DNA from: Phaeosaccion multiseriatum
Lineage: Eukaryota; Protista; Ochrophyta, other classes
Direction of reading: 5' to 3'
Length of the DNA stretch: 64,000 bases
NCBI GenBank assembly: GCA_965112735.1
Contig: OZ218959.1
Location: 2,356,001-2,420,000, forward strand
This document shows positions 11,528 through 23,414 of this stretch, one piece after another. Position 1 is the stretch's first letter, and each line of letters opens with the position of its first letter. Both the position numbers and the translations under genes were made by a program. Below the pieces are notes generated by a model. The model saw only the letters and a program-made list of their open reading frames with translations. It was not told where the DNA came from and made no database searches.

Positions 11528-11770
11528 ACCTTCCAGTACAGATGAGTATGGCTGTCGTGGTGAAGAGGATGCAAAGCATTGCTCCAATCAGCCTTGTTTG
11601 TGCTACACCCGTCTTTGTCTCCTGCAGCTGTGCCTTCACGCCTCCCCTACGCCGTACATGCCTGCCGAGTATGTACACCACATCGACCAGGTGGACAGCA
11701 AGGATGAGCAGAAGTACCATCTCGGGAACATCGAGGTACGCCTTGGCAGGCAACACAAGCACTGTCTCCC
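11528..11770 (-). pseudogene. Internal fragment (TM1-TM2) of a third EGF/7TM receptor copy
   Basis: AKAYLDVPEMVLLLILAVHLVDVVYILGRH...ILICTGR is near-identical to the other copies; both ends are lost. Confidence 0.85.
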
Positions 11771-12148
11771 GCCGCCACCCTACCCTACTCACGCCCTCAC
11801 GCACTCGCTCACTTCTCTCCTTCACGCGCTTACCCACTCCATCACTCCACTCGATCTCTCACTGACTCACTCGATCTCTCACTTACTCGCTCGCGCCCCC
11901 CCCGTCCACCTTTCTCGGGCTCTCTGTATCACCACCCACGCACTCACGCGCCCACGCCCACCCGACTTTTCACAGTTTCACATAAGTCAATGGTTTTCCC
12001 GACCCACTTGCAAAAGTCAAAAGTAAATGTGTCTGAGAAGGAAGAGAAACGAAAGACGAGAGCCATTCTGCATACCACCTCCACTCCCCCTCCTCTGTTT
12101 TGAGAAACCCCAACCTCGCAACGGTATACTAAGTACGAAGAGTTCACC

Positions 12149-12374
12149 ATGGCCGCCCTCCTTCATTGTCTCGGTATTCTCGGACTTCTGGCCTTTGTCA
12201 ACGCAGGACAGCCGCCGCCAGGGGTGCAAGAGCCTCCCAATGGTGAGGGGGAACCGAGTACAGAGCCGAGTACAAGCACTGGGATCGACTGCGTAGACGA
12301 CGGAACGAGGTGAGAGGTTGTGCGCAGCCAAACCAATTGGCAGCATGCACACCTTTTCCTCCCTTTATTTCTTT

Positions 12375-12425
<51 letters not shown>

Positions 12426-13109
12426 TTCTCTCTCTCTCTCTCTCTCCCTCTCTCTCCCTCTCTCTCTCCCTCTCTCTTTCCGTGCTGAGTGTGGCCTGTC
12501 TAAGGTCCTGTGTGAGGGCAAGTGCTGATCGCTGTGCTCTTCTGCCCCTACCCTCGTCCCTGCCTCTCAGCTATACTTATTCGGAGAGCGTCGCTGGGTG
12601 AGTGAGTTGAGCAAAGTAATGTGGGTGATTGTTGGGGAAGTGTGAGTGTCGCAGAGTGCACTTACTCCCAGATACGAAGGATTTTGTTTTCTCCCCACCG
12701 GCACTTCGCTGAAAGAGGGCAGTCATGCATGGTAATAATGGCAGCTCTTGTGCCAGAGTCAGTGGGCTTACTTACTCCTCCTCTTCGTCTACATACCTTT
12801 CCTCCACACTCACTCCAGCCAATGAACCGATCCAACTGCCTCCCTTCCTCCTCACAGGAATGTGAGGTCCATCAGCATGAACCACTGCCCCAACCACAAG
12901 TTCACCAACATCAACCCCAACTCACCCTTCGGCGTGGAAACCGCCCACACCCTCCCCGCCTTCCCGCAATACGATCCGAGTAAGCAAATCCCCCTGGTTG
13001 AGGAGGGAGGCACTATCGGCGTGGTCTACGGGGGGGCTAAAGTCTTCTCCAACTATGGAGGTCCAGGTGCGTGTGCGTGTGTGTGTGTGTGCGTGTGTAT
13101 ATGTGTGTG

Positions 13110-13149
<40 letters not shown>

Positions 13150-16100
13150 CGTGCGTATGCGTGGCTGTGTGTGTGCGTGTGCGTGTGTGTATGCATTTGT
13201 TAACATATACCTTTATCCCCATCTCCACGCCCTCCCACCCACCCACCTGCCCACCCACTCCCCCATTCACTCACGCACCCACCCAGATTACGGCATTATG
13301 ACAGACTATGAGAGCTCGGCCGTGTACAACGAGGGAGACACTTTCGATGAGTGCGGGTGTCATTCTGCCAGCAGTACCTCGGTGAGCAAGAGGCCCAACC
13401 CTCGTTTGCTCTTTCATTTTACTCCACTCTGTGACACACTACTCGAGTACACACTCCATTCTACACTTCCGTGCAACCAACCGCTCAGTACATCCTCCCA
13501 CTACCATCTCGTCCTCCCACATCCATACCATAAGACACTCCATTCTACACTTCCAGTGACTGCCCACTCAGTACCCGCATCTTGACGACAGCGACAACAA
13601 TGATGTAACCGTCAAGAAGCGCACCACTCGGAGCCACACGACCTGCTCCTACGACAGTAGAAGCATAACACTCAGACACACATTACCTGGCTGCAAACTG
13701 AACTGCAAACTAGTGTCATGCTCGTGGGTACAAACAGTAAGGCAACAACACCAATGATGCTGACGCCCTCTCCTCCTCTCTCCCCCTTCTTGGGTCTTCC
13801 CTCCTCCTCCCCCCCCATCCTCCCTCCCGTCTCTGGCCAAAGGCAACTTACCATACCCACGTCCCTCCAAGCTGTACCTTGGCCCAGCTTGGTCAGACAG
13901 ACACCGCCCACAGCCCTCAGATCGGCTGGGCCCTCGATGGCTTCCCGCTGTACGGACCAAGAGGCCCAGGTGACTGAGCCGGAGGGACTAATCACAGCAC
14001 CCGCCTCTTCAATAGGCAGGGGCAGCATGCCTACCATGACAGCAAAAGACTTCACAGATTTCCCTTCTTCTGTCAGGACCGGTCTCTCACGCTTGCTTGC
14101 ATGCTATGCTGCTTGCTGTGTGATTCATCTCTGCCTTCCGTTCGTTCTTTTCTTTCTTGCTGCTGCAGGTGGCATCATGATGCAAACTTGTACAGAGACG
14201 GGAGGAACTTTCGGGGTGGATGTGTGCACCGATGATTGGTGAGGAAGGGAGGGAGGAAGGGAGAGAGGGAGAGAGGGAGAGAGGGAGGGAGGGAGGGAGG
14301 GAGGGAGGGAGGGAGGGAGGGAGGGAGGGAGGGAGGGAGGGAGGGAGGGAGGGAGGGAGGGAGGGAGGGAGGGAGGGAGGGAGGGAGGGAGGGAGGGAGG
14401 GAGGGAGGGAGGGAGGGAGGGAGGGAGGGAGGGAGGGAGGGAGGGAGGGAGGGAGGGAGGGAGGGAGGGAGGGAGGGAGGGAGGGAGGGAGGGAGGGAGG
14501 GAGGGAGGGAGGAAAGGAGGGAGGGAGGAAAGGAGGGAGGAAGCCACGTCCAAACAAGAACCCAGCCTTTGCTTCCCTGCCCTCCCCTCCCCTCCCCTAC
14601 CGTGCCCCTGCTCACAGTACGGGGTACTGGCTGTCCGACGGCAGCATCGACGAGTACGTTTATCGCTACTACATACAGGGCACCTACCATGAGGCCAGCA
14701 CGGAGGACGATTGCACGCCCCAAGGTGAGGCAGATGGCAGTGGATGGCAGTGGATGGCAGTGCAGTGTGGTGTGGTGTGGTGTGGTGTAGACGAACCACG
14801 TCTCTGCCAATGACCCTTTGTCGTCATCAACCAGAAGGGTCTTTCCCTCTCCCGTGGGCTGCAGAGATGCACTGCTCACACACTCCTACATTCCTCCATT
14901 CCCCGCCCTCCCACCTCTGTCCCTTGTCCACTGTCGTCCCTCTCTCCTCGCTCCGTGCCCTCCCTACGCACTGCCCCTGACCCCCGAGCAGTGTCGGCCT
15001 TGCCTGACGCCAGCTACTACCCCTTCACGCCGGCGTGCTTCAACGGGTGAGACATTTCAATCCTCCAGCCCGATGTCTTTCTTCTTGCTTTCTTTATTTT
15101 GTACGCTATTCCTTACTCACCCTCCCCCCCCCCCGAGACTTATCTCTACTCGCCTAACTTAACTGTACGCACTCTGTGGCTCCACTGTGGCTCCACTCTT
15201 GCCTCTACACAGATGCATTCCTACGGAAAGCTCCCAAGAGGGCTTCTCTGGTGCGCAGATGCTGAACTCATGTTCTGGCGACGCTGTGGATGGATACACA
15301 GACCAATACGAGTACGTGGTTTGCTTCCTATTTCCATTCCTTTCTTTCCTATTCCTGTTGCTATTCTCCTTTCGCACGGCCAGGCGCTCCCACTGCCATG
15401 TCGTTCCACACTCCTTACCTTGGAAAGAGGGGAGGAGGAGGGGGGGGGGGGGGGCTCGCTTGTATGGACTTGGACTTGCTCTCTCTCTCACTCTTTCTCT
15501 CCCTCACTCCCTCTCTGTCTCTCTCTCACACACAGTTCTCTCCCTCTCTTAGCAAACATCCCGCACCATTAGCTCATGCACATCCTTCCCCCCTCTGTCC
15601 CTCCCCTCCTCCCCTCGCCTCCCCGCCCCTCCCCTCTCTCTCTCCCTCCCTCCCCGCACCTCCCTCTCTCTCTCCCCTCCCCCCCTCCTTCCCTCCCCCT
15701 CCCTCAGTGCGGAGGAAAGCGTACAGTGGCCCAATGGTCTCGACACAGATGGCGGATCCTGCACTAGCTTGGAGTACGAAGAGGAGGTCACGGCCGCTGC
15801 CCCTACCCCCACCCCAACACCCCCTCCTACAGCCACCCCTACCTCACCACCCACCGCAGGTACACGCTATCTTACGTTCTCTTACGTAACCTTCCGTACA
15901 TCAATGTAGCGACTCACTCACTCTCTGCAGTGCGACGGGATCGAGGGGAAGGCAGTGGATGGTAGTGGATGGTGGTGGATGGTCGCCGAGGACGGGGTGG
16001 GTGGGGGGCCTGTCCAACCTGTTGGCTCATTCGTGCCTATGCCCCTCTTGCGTCTTTCTCTCTCCTCTCCTCCTTATCAGCTGAGTCTACCGCTCAACCC

Positions 16101-17531
16101 AGTGCTGCTGCTTCAGTGTCAACGGCATCACCAACTTCTGCTGCTGGTGAGACTCCTTCGACTGCCATTCCGACTGCCCTGCCTACTGTCCCTCCGACTT
16201 CCACGCCCACTACTTCACCGTCGACAACACAACCCACCTCTGCTCCTTCCGTGACAGAAGGAGCATCCTCACCATCACCAACGCCTGAGCCTTCCACTGC
16301 CGCACCGACTGCCCTTCCGACTGCCCTGCCTACTGTCCCTCCGACTTCCACGCCCACTACTTCACCGTCGACAACACAACCCACCTCTGCTCCTTCCGTG
16401 ACAGAAGGAGCATCCTCACCATCACCAACGCCTGAGCCTTCCACTGCCGCACCGACTGCCCTTCCGACTGCCCTGCCTACTGTCCCTCCGACTTCCACGC
16501 CCACTACTTCACCGTCGACAACACAACCCACCTCTGCTCCTTCCGTGACAGAAGGAGCATCCTCACCATCACCAACGCCTGAGCCTTCCACTGCCGCACC
16601 GACTGCCACTCCGACTGCTCCACTATCGACAACACAACCCACTTCTACTCCTTCCGTGACAGAAGGAGCATCCTCGCCATCACCATCGCCATCACCAATG
16701 GTTGAAGAGCCCACTGCTCCTCCCTCTCCGGCACCATCAACACCAGAAGCCTCAACGCCCTCCCCCTTCTCCCCGGAAGAATCCAATGAGCCCACCGTTG
16801 CTCCGACTCCAGCGCCCTCCACGGCAGGTACGCAAAGTGGATGGGTTGGATTGGTTGGTTAATTGATTCATTGATTGATTGATCGATTGGTTGGTTGATT
16901 GATTGATTGCCACACACACACACACACACATACACGCACGCACACGCACGTACACACACGCACACGCACGTACACACACATACGCACACACACTTACACA
17001 TACACACACACATACACACACCACCCTACCTCTCCCCCCTTACCTCTCCCCCCGTCTCTCTCTCTCTCTCTCTTCTCTCTATTGCTTGCCAGCCACCGCA
17101 CCCCACCTCTCGTCGCGCGTCGGCTTCCCCTTCCCCTTCTTAGACCATCACTCAACCTCTCCCCCCCTCCCCTCACACTTTTAGTTTCTTAGGTGATTCC
17201 TATTAAGTCAATAAAGTTCCCCCTCCCCCCCCCCCTCCCCCCAACTCACACACCCGCTGCTGCTACTGTACTGTACTGTCCGGCTGCTCCACTCGCACCC
17301 TCCTTCCGTCGCCAAATGTTGAATAGGTGGAAAGGCAACGGCTCCCAGTCCTTCGACGGCACTCGGAGGTGAGCAAGTAATGATGGTGAATAGATCGGCT
17401 TAGGTTTCTTTCGTGTATTGATCTGTAATGATTCGTGAGGTACAAGAACCACACACACACGCACACACGCAACACACGCATACACACACGCAGACGCCGC
17501 GCGCGCACGCACACACGCAAGAACACACGCA

Positions 17532-17595
<64 letters not shown>

Positions 17596-17889
17596 CACGA
17601 ATTCTCTTTTGCTTTGATCTCTGCGCGCCTGGTCTTCATCCTCACTTCCTCAAGTCCCCCACCACTCCGCTCTCACCCACCCCACTCTCACACCCTCACA
17701 TCCTCACACTCACTCCAACATGCTGTTGGCGTTACAGCCGGGTCCGACGGCGGGGGGCCAAGCGGCTCCACCATCGCCGGCATCGTAATCTTGTCGGGTG
17801 TGGCGTTGGCTGCGGTAGCAGGGGTGGGAAGTCTCATCTATCGTCGTCGTCGTCGGACTACAGGGGGGGGCGCAGATGGGGTAATTTAA
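12149..17889 (+). CDS. Type-I membrane YHYH-domain protein with mucin-like stalk; 13 exons (12149-12309, 12571-12597, 12858-13066, 13287-13381, 13843-13969, 14169-14238, 14618-14724, 14992-15046, 15213-15311, 15708-15859, 16081-16827, 17327-17368, 17738-17889)
   Basis: Signal peptide [19 protein letters not shown]; motifs [31 protein letters not shown]...[28 protein letters not shown]; P/S/T stalk; [25 protein letters not shown] followed by RRRRR. All splice phases are consistent. Confidence 0.82.
14280..14540. repeat. (GGGA)n intronic microsatellite
   Basis: Direct reading. Confidence 0.95.
16171..16690 (+). repeat. Coding tandem repeat, 147-bp (49 aa) unit, three copies plus a partial
   Basis: Units start at 16171, 16318 and 16465 ([49 protein letters not shown]). 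Confidence 0.92.
17174..17220 (-). mobile_element. 47-bp dispersed element (GGAACTTTATTGACTTAATAGGAATCACCTAAGAAACTAAAAGTGTG)
   Basis: 45/47 identical to 45411-45457, in the opposite orientation; intronic. Confidence 0.8.
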
Positions 17890-18600
17890 GCTTTATAATC
17901 GGTTGCTTAAGTTAGTTGTTGGGTGTAAGTTAGTGAAGTTGGGGGGGGGGGTTGACTGGGTGGTTGGTTGGCTGTTAATCTGTTAATCAGTGTTGGTTGG
18001 CTGTTCTTGTTTGGGGTTTTGGCTGTTCTGTGGGTGTCGTACTTCGGCATAAGTTTTGAAAATTGTGTTCTTCTCGTTGTCTTTGTTCCATTGCACCTTC
18101 GTTGTTCCGTGGGCGGATCAAAGCACTTCTTTTGTCTTGCAACAATAGTGAAGGAAGGCAGGCAGGAAGGAAGGAAGGAAGTGGGGAAGTAGGTTGTACA
18201 ATGATCATATCGAATAGTACGTAGTAGTACGAAGGAAAGGTGGAGTCATGCATTACTTTTAGGTGTTGCACTTGGACTCCATCATTTTCCCCTCCTTTGT
18301 TCTGTACACAAATGGCTTCCGAGCTTTTGACTGAGTGGCAGCCGTCCTATCGATCCCTCTGTACGCTCTACACGCACCTGCACTACGCAATGCCAACTCC
18401 CTCTCTCCTCTCCTTCTCTCTCTCCCCTCTCTTTCTCCTCTCCTTCTCTCTCCCCCCCGCCTCTCTCTCCCCTCTCTCTCTCCCCTCCTTCTCTCCCCCC
18501 CCCCCCGCTCTCTCTCCCCCTCTCTCTCTCTCTCTCAACCCCTCTTTTACAACATCTTCTTTACATAAAATCGCTTCCCACGAGGGCTCCCCACCGGATC

Positions 18601-18663
18601 TCATTAAATGCCATCCGTGTGTCATTAAATGCCATCCGTGTGTCATTAAATGCCATCCGTGTG
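18601..18663. repeat. 21-bp tandem repeat, three copies (TCATTAAATGCCATCCGTGTG)
   Basis: Direct reading. Confidence 0.9.
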
Positions 18664-18901
18664 TGGTGCACCAAACCAAGGTCAGGGAGGAGGTGATTCT
18701 GCCAAGTCTCTCCCCTCCACCCTCCGCTCCTCCCTCCGCTCCTCTCCCTCTCCCTCTCCGTCCTCCACCAGGCGCTCTCTACAACTTGTGTCTCCCTTCA
18801 CCGGCGATGTCTACGATTCGTATCGGGGAAGGCCAATCCATCAGTCCTCTGCTCCCGAACATTCTCTCCTCCCACTGCAAATGTAATGGTGGAAGGCCCC
18901 A

Positions 18902-19042
18902 TCGGCTCAGCTTTGTCTGACAAACTGACATTGGAAATTGGACGTTATGCCGTATCCCGCGGGGGACATCGATATCGTCCATCGTCACTCGTTGACACGG
19001 CATACTGTCCAATTTCCTTTTAGTCAGACAAACCTGAGCCGA
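18902..19042. repeat. ~140-bp imperfect inverted repeat (MITE-like or hairpin RNA)
   Basis: 18902-18921 pairs with 19023-19042 (19/20), and 18933-18953 pairs with 18997-19017. Confidence 0.8.
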
Positions 19043-19586
19043 CTAGCCGACTAGCCGACTCGCCCTGGTCCCTCGCCAAACACTACCTCCCGACCCCCCT
19101 TTGCTGCGCCCGCTCATCCCAGCCATGTCCGAAACGTCGTTCTCGCTGAAAACAGTCGTATCTATCCCCGGCACCACCAGCACGGTGAGCTTATAATAGA
19201 CTTTGCTGCCTTCCTCGTAGAGTAAGATATTGATTGCTTCAACCTCCCCCCCCAGTGATGCTCAGGCCTCCTGCAAGAGACAAGAGCGAGAAAGGCACCC
19301 CCCACCCGGCCACCCGCTCCCCCTCCCGTCCGCAAAGAGTCAATCCGCTGCTCTCTGGCCAGCAACAAAACATCCTGGTACCAAATCAAGTAAGAGGCAG
19401 GCACCACCCCTCCTCCTCCTCCTCCTCCTCCTCCTCCTCCTCCTGCTACTGCTCCTCCTCCTCCTCCTGCTGCTGCTGCTGCTGCTGCTCCTCCTCCTCC
19501 TCCTCCTCCTGCTGCTGCTGCTGCTGCTCCTCCTCCTCCTCCTCCTCCCTCCTCCTCCTCCCTCCTCCTCCTCCTCCTCCTCCTCC

Positions 19587-19919
19587 TCACGGCACAAGCT
19601 GCCCCCCCCACATGTCGTGGCACTCCCTCGGTCTGAAGTAGAGCTTGGAGCTCTTGCAGCTGAGTACAATGCGTCGGTACGACAACAAATCCAGCCCCAC
19701 AATCGCCAGAGGACGGGCAGGGTCAGGCGTGCCAGACACATCCACCGCTAGAGTCTCAAAGTCTGGCAAGTGACCAACGAAGATGGACAAGCGGCCTTTA
19801 TCCTTCTTCTCCTTCCGCCGCTGCTGCTCGTAGAACGACGGGTGCGAGGGGGCTTGCTGCTGCCGCCGCTGCTGCCGCTGTTGCTGCTTTCGAAGCCTCT
19901 GTGCCAGCGTCTCTGTCTC

Positions 19920-19953
<34 letters not shown>

Positions 19954-21987
19954 TCGAGGCCAGTCTCGTTGTCCGTCCCGGTCCCCATCTCCTCCTTCTC
20001 TACCCTCCAAGTGCTCTCCTCCTCACTCTCTGCACCCCTCATTGCCGCCCCTCCTCTATCATCAACATCATCAACAACACGCCCGCCTCCATCCATCCGC
20101 TCCTCCTCCTCCACCTCCTCCTCCTCCTCCTCCTCCTCATCGTCGTCGTCGTCATCGTACATATACTCCTCCTCCTCCTCCACGCCATTCAGGCCCGGTG
20201 GGCCCGACAGCAGCACATGGCCCAGTTGAATCGTGTCAAAGCGCGCCTTGAACAAGGGCAGCTTTCGTCCGGTTTCTGAGCAGAGATATTGTGACAACAC
20301 AGGTGGAATGAATTAGAGATTTGAGGTGGGTGGGTGCGCCGCTTCGTTTAGTGAGAGGGGCACATCGAGAACGAGAGAGGGGAGAGGGAAGAGGGAAGAG
20401 AGAGAGAGAGAGAGGGAGAGAGAGAGAGGGGGGAAAGCACCGCATCGCATAGCACCGCCCTCTCTATGTACCTCTCTGTCGCCCTCCCTCCTATCCTGTC
20501 TTCTGCCGCCCTCTCCCCCCTCCTCCTGTCTCTCTCCATCACCCTCTCTCTATCTCTCTCCCCTCTCCCCCTCTCCAACTTTCTGCCGTATCCCCTCCCT
20601 CCCTCCCTCTCTCCCTCCCCTCCCTCTCTCCCTCCTCCCTCCTCCCTCTCTCCCTCTCTCCTACTCACCTGGCGGGTACCGGCTCGGCTTCTTCATCAGC
20701 AGGCGAGTAACGTCCAAATCCCTCGCTGCGGCCCAGTTACAAGCAGTACTATTCGTGCTCATATCCAACACAGCTGTAAAGGGACCTCCCCCATTCAGCT
20801 CCATCTTCACACCGAGCTTGCCTCCCGGAAGTACCGTGCACTCTACAGCCTCTAACCCACTTTCCCCACTGGTGGTGATCTCTCCCCTCTCTACTGCGCC
20901 TGCCAAGTGCACGTGCGCCTTCTCCTCGCGGAAGTTGAGGTCGAGGTCGAAGGTGTCGAGAAAGGCAAGTCCTAGTGTGCCTGGGGGGGTGGGTAGAGAG
21001 GGGACAGGGAGGAGAGAGGAGTACCACACACAAAGAAGGGTAAAGAGGTTGAGCGGCGGTGAGGGAGGGTTTGAAAGGGGAAGGATGGGATTGAAAGAAC
21101 GAAAGGAAGCCAAGCACAAGCTAGGAACGTAGGAAGGTAAGTAAGTAGGTAGGTGGGTAGGTAGGAGGTAGGTGGGTAGGAAGGGAGGTAGGTCGGTAGG
21201 CAGGCAGGCAGACAGGTAGATGGGCAGAGCAGGCAGGTAGGCAGATAGGCAGACAGGTAGGCAGGTAGGTAGCCTACCGGCCACTCGGGGGTCGCTGAAG
21301 CCCATTCTCTCAAAGTATCCTTCTGGAGCCACCAGTGCGTCCAGCTGCACGGATAAGCTGCTCGGGTTGGCGTTGTTGCCCATAATCACAGTTGGTAGAT
21401 TCAGCTGTGAATGAAGAGACGACAGAGATGGACAAGGCAGGTAGGGAGGGCACACGGCAGCAGCGTGAAACATTGTGAGAGAAGGCATGTATCGTTCTTG
21501 AGCGTCACCGTTGTATATATATATGTTATATATATATGTGTGTGTGTGCATTCTTGTGTGTGTGTGAGCGTGAGAGCGTGCATCTCTCTTGCTTGGCTGT
21601 GATTTCCTTACCCTAGAGCCTACGTTGACCACAAAGTCCCCTTGCCACTGCTGCCTTTGCTTGCGGGTCGGGGGGGGCGGATCGAGGATGAAGGGGGAAG
21701 AGGAGATGATACCCAGAGCCTCTGCCGCCTCACGACTGATGATGCAGTCCGGAGAGATGCTGTCGAGGGCGAAGAGGAGGCGTTCGTCCGGCTCAGGGAA
21801 GTACAGCTCCAGCAGCAGCTGGAAGGGGTGGGGGGGAGGAGGGAGGGAGGGAGGGAGGAAGAGGCAGAGCAGAGAGAGAAAGAGAGAGGAGAGGGAGAAA
21901 GAGAGGGAGGGAGAGAGAAGGGGGTAGGGAAGGGGAAAATGGGGAGGGTGGAGTTAAGCATACATACATACAAACATACATCATACA

Positions 21988-22018
<31 letters not shown>

Positions 22019-22724
22019 CATACATACATACATACATACATACATACATACACACATACATACACGACGCAGTCTCTCCTTCCCTTCGTCCGTCTTCCCT
22101 GGCATACCATGTCCGTACCTTCTCCTTAGCGCCCTCTGGGAAGCTCTTTAGCGGCACCACAGCCGACCGGTACCCGCGCTCCTCCATCAGGGCACTGCTG
22201 GCTCTGCTCGGAGCCGTGCTTCTGCTCCTCCCATGCCTCTCTCCCGTCCACCATCCCCCTCCTCCTCCACCCCCTCCTGCTCCGTGTGTGCTGTACAAGT
22301 AGCGTCGCCCGCCACCGCGATGAATGGAGCCTTCGTCCTCTTCTGCTCTCGCTCTTCTCCGACGGAATGGCCGCCACGATGCCACCGCTGCTCCCCCTCC
22401 TCCTCCTGCTCCTCTTCCCCCTCCCCCTCCCCCTCCCCATCCTCCCCTGCACGCCTCTACCTGAGATGGCGGCCGGCTTCGGTAGTGGTGCCGGTAGTGG
22501 TGGTGTCGCTGCTGCGGTCGCCGCAGGAGACCTACTAGAGGAGGTGTTTGGAATGCACTGGCCGCTCCGCTTTGGCCGTCGAATATGCTGCCGCGAGGAG
22601 CATCACGCAGCCGCTCCTGATGACGAGGCAGAAGCAACACCAAGGTTGCTACGCTCACCCAACGCTTGGCTTTCGCCACGGCTGCGGCTGCAGCTGAAGC
22701 TGTTGCACCTCGGCATCTCTTCAT
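19587..22724 (-). CDS. Two-domain retropepsin-like (aspartyl protease fold) protein, probably plastid-targeted; exons 22724-22119, 21818-21612, 21404-21278, 20980-20669, 20275-19587
   Basis: ASAF motif; LLFALDSISPDCIISREAAEALG ... GTLGLAFLDTFDLDLNF ... FTAVLDMSTNSTACNWAAARDL ... AIVGLDLLSYRRIVL, the usual tandem retropepsin pattern. Splice phases are consistent. Confidence 0.72.
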
Positions 22725-23414
22725 CCTCGACTCCCCTTCCCGACTCCTCCGCCCTTCGGCTTTGCGGGAGTCCTACGGCAGGCTGCTCCCGGCAGGGAAC
22801 ACCACCCCCCCAGGCTGTCTGGAATCCAGCCGTACTTCCCAGTTCAACTATGAGCCGCAGGAGCACCAGGACCACTCCTTCCCTCTGCTCTTTTCTGCTG
22901 GGTCACATGACGTGAGTACCTGTACCACCTGTTGGCAAAAAGCGCAGCCGAGGCCCAGCTTTTCCAAATTGACGAACCCTCTTCGGATCCTCTTCTCCTC
23001 CCTTCGAGTGCGGATGCTCCTGCCTGGAACTCCCCAACGACCCCCCCTCTCTTTGCGCAGGAGGTATCTTCGTAATCTCGAAGTAGGGTGGAAGGGGGGG
23101 GGGGATTCCTCTTCTCAATTACGAGTTTATTGAAGAATGAAACAAGGGAACGCAAAATTGAAACTCATCCCTCCCTCTCCAAGGGGGAATGACGGTGACT
23201 CACGTTCACGTTCATCAATCGACATTTAGAGCTTAGGAAGGCGCTCATTAGTCAGCACCCACCGACTAAAGAGGGTAGAATTTTTTTGCACTTAGGTAGT
23301 GTCTCTCTTCGCCGTCTCTTACAGGCGCGAGGCCTTTTCTGTTCTCCACTTCTCCAGGGGCTGGGAGCCCAAGGAGAACAAGCTTGAAACAGGAGCGGAG
23401 GAAAGTACAGCAAG

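Noticed and set aside
17179-17200. TTTCTTAG|GTGA as a recursive (zero-length exon) splice site
   Set aside because: The same sequence is antisense in TAF1 introns and also intergenic, so it is better explained as a mobile-element end.
18601-18663. Short direct repeats as a CRISPR-like array (also 52521-52575, 59984-60093)
   Set aside because: Head-to-tail repeats with no unique spacers, eukaryotic context and no cas genes.
19126-19400. Possible small plus-strand spliced gene (MSETSFSLK...)
   Set aside because: The obvious acceptor gives an immediate stop and there is no homology cue.
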